From contig OY970223.1 of the NCBI GenBank assembly GCA_963714015.1, positions 704,001 to 768,000 on the forward strand: 64,000 nucleotides of DNA, read 5' to 3'. Shown here piece by piece: positions 63,529 through 64,000 of this stretch. Under the pieces are notes generated by a model, which was not told the origin of the DNA, did no database searches, and saw only the letters and a program-made list of their open reading frames with translations. Position numbers and translations under genes: made by a program. The stretch's first letter is position 1, and every line of letters starts with the position of its first letter. Source of the DNA: Vulcanimicrobiota bacterium (GTDB lineage Bacteria > Vulcanimicrobiota > Vulcanimicrobiia > Vulcanimicrobiales > Vulcanimicrobiaceae).

Positions 63529-64000
63529 TCCGCGGGGTGTGAGGCGGACTTTTCCGAGCTAATTCGTTTGCGCGGGAAAAGATCGCGTCGAACATCGGTA
63601 CCGTCAGCTTGCCGGTATTCGTGTTCTGCCGGCTGGGATGAAACGAAGCGACGAGCGTGATGTTACGGTCGCCTTTGCGGGCACAAATTTCCACGCCGTG
63701 ACCAAACTGCGGCCGCTCCGGATCGATCGCAAAGCCGCTCGCCTTGAGCCCGTCGATTGCCGCTTTGGTTCCGATGGCCCCCAGGCCGACGATAACGCGA
63801 ACCCGATCGAGTACCCGGATCTCATCGACCAAATATTGAAAGCAGCGGCGCAGTTCTTCCGGAGTCGGTTTGTTTTGCGGCGGTGCACAACGCAGCGCCG
63901 CCGTGATAACGCAATCGCGCAGCTCGTAATCCGTCGTCGCGATGAACGGCGGAAGCGTGAGTGGACAGACCGGCGCGATGCAGCGCCGGGTATAAAAAGT
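63512..64000 (-). CDS. Uracil-DNA glycosylase, family 5 (UdgB)-like, C-terminal part; frameshifted and truncated by the window
   Basis: FLYPALH, ITAALRCAPPQNKPTPEE and FHPSRQNTNTGKLT..MFDAIF. Confidence 0.8.
   Translation of the reverse strand, partial: TFYTRRCIAPVCPLTLPPFIATTDYELRDCVITAALRCAPPQNKPTPEELRRCFQYLVDEIRVLDRVRVIVGLGAIGTKAAIDGLKASGFAIDPERPQFGHGVEICARKGDRNITLVASFHPSRQNTNTGKLTVPMFDAIFSRANELARKSPPHTPRTSESG

Noticed and set aside
1..64000. About 25 frameshifts read as pseudogenes or programmed frameshifting
   Set aside because: They hit essential genes (dnaA, hisS, aspS, mrdA, accB), share no slippery motif that I could see, and come without in-frame nonsense decay. Consensus indel errors explain them best; read polishing would confirm.
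1..64000. tRNA, rRNA, transposase, integrase, prophage or defence genes
   Set aside because: None recognised; the intergenic gaps are short and accounted for.

Overview
A high-GC bacterial chromosome segment spanning the replication origin. On the minus strand are gyrB, dciA, recF, dnaN and dnaA, with DnaA boxes on both sides of dnaA. On the plus strand are rpmH-rnpA-yidD-yidC-jag-mnmE-mnmG-rsmG, a parS site, cca and parA-parB. Further on are thiE/thiD, trpS, a GAF-GGDEF gene, a PLP aminotransferase, a tandemly duplicated two-gene module (six-repeat DUF11-like protein plus small membrane-anchored HEAT-like protein), mrdA-mreD-mreC-maf, nadD-obgE-rpmA, fabF-rnc-smc-purH, hisS-accB, an ADP-heptose/LPS-type glycosyltransferase cluster, aspS, a GH92 glycosidase fused to a YVTN beta-propeller, and a partial uracil-DNA glycosylase. 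A Terrabacteria-style origin cluster together with LPS-core and TamB-like genes suggests a diderm Terrabacterium, possibly Eremiobacterota/Vulcanimicrobiota; this is inference only. Roughly 25 apparent single-base frameshifts, including in essential genes, indicate long-read or MAG consensus errors, so split genes are reported as reconstructed genes with approximate break points. The most unusual signal is a family of small intergenic elements upstream of gyrB (3 x 129 bp), smc and accB. Each begins ATGAA at or next to the upstream stop codon, reads as a stop-free mini-ORF containing E-[RS]-L-S-[KE], and places GGAG exactly 11 nt before the start codon of the next housekeeping gene. Also notable are the duplicated signal-peptide-less DUF11/HEAT module, an L27 with a Prp-type N-terminal extension but no adjacent prp or rplU, and several apparent non-canonical start codons.
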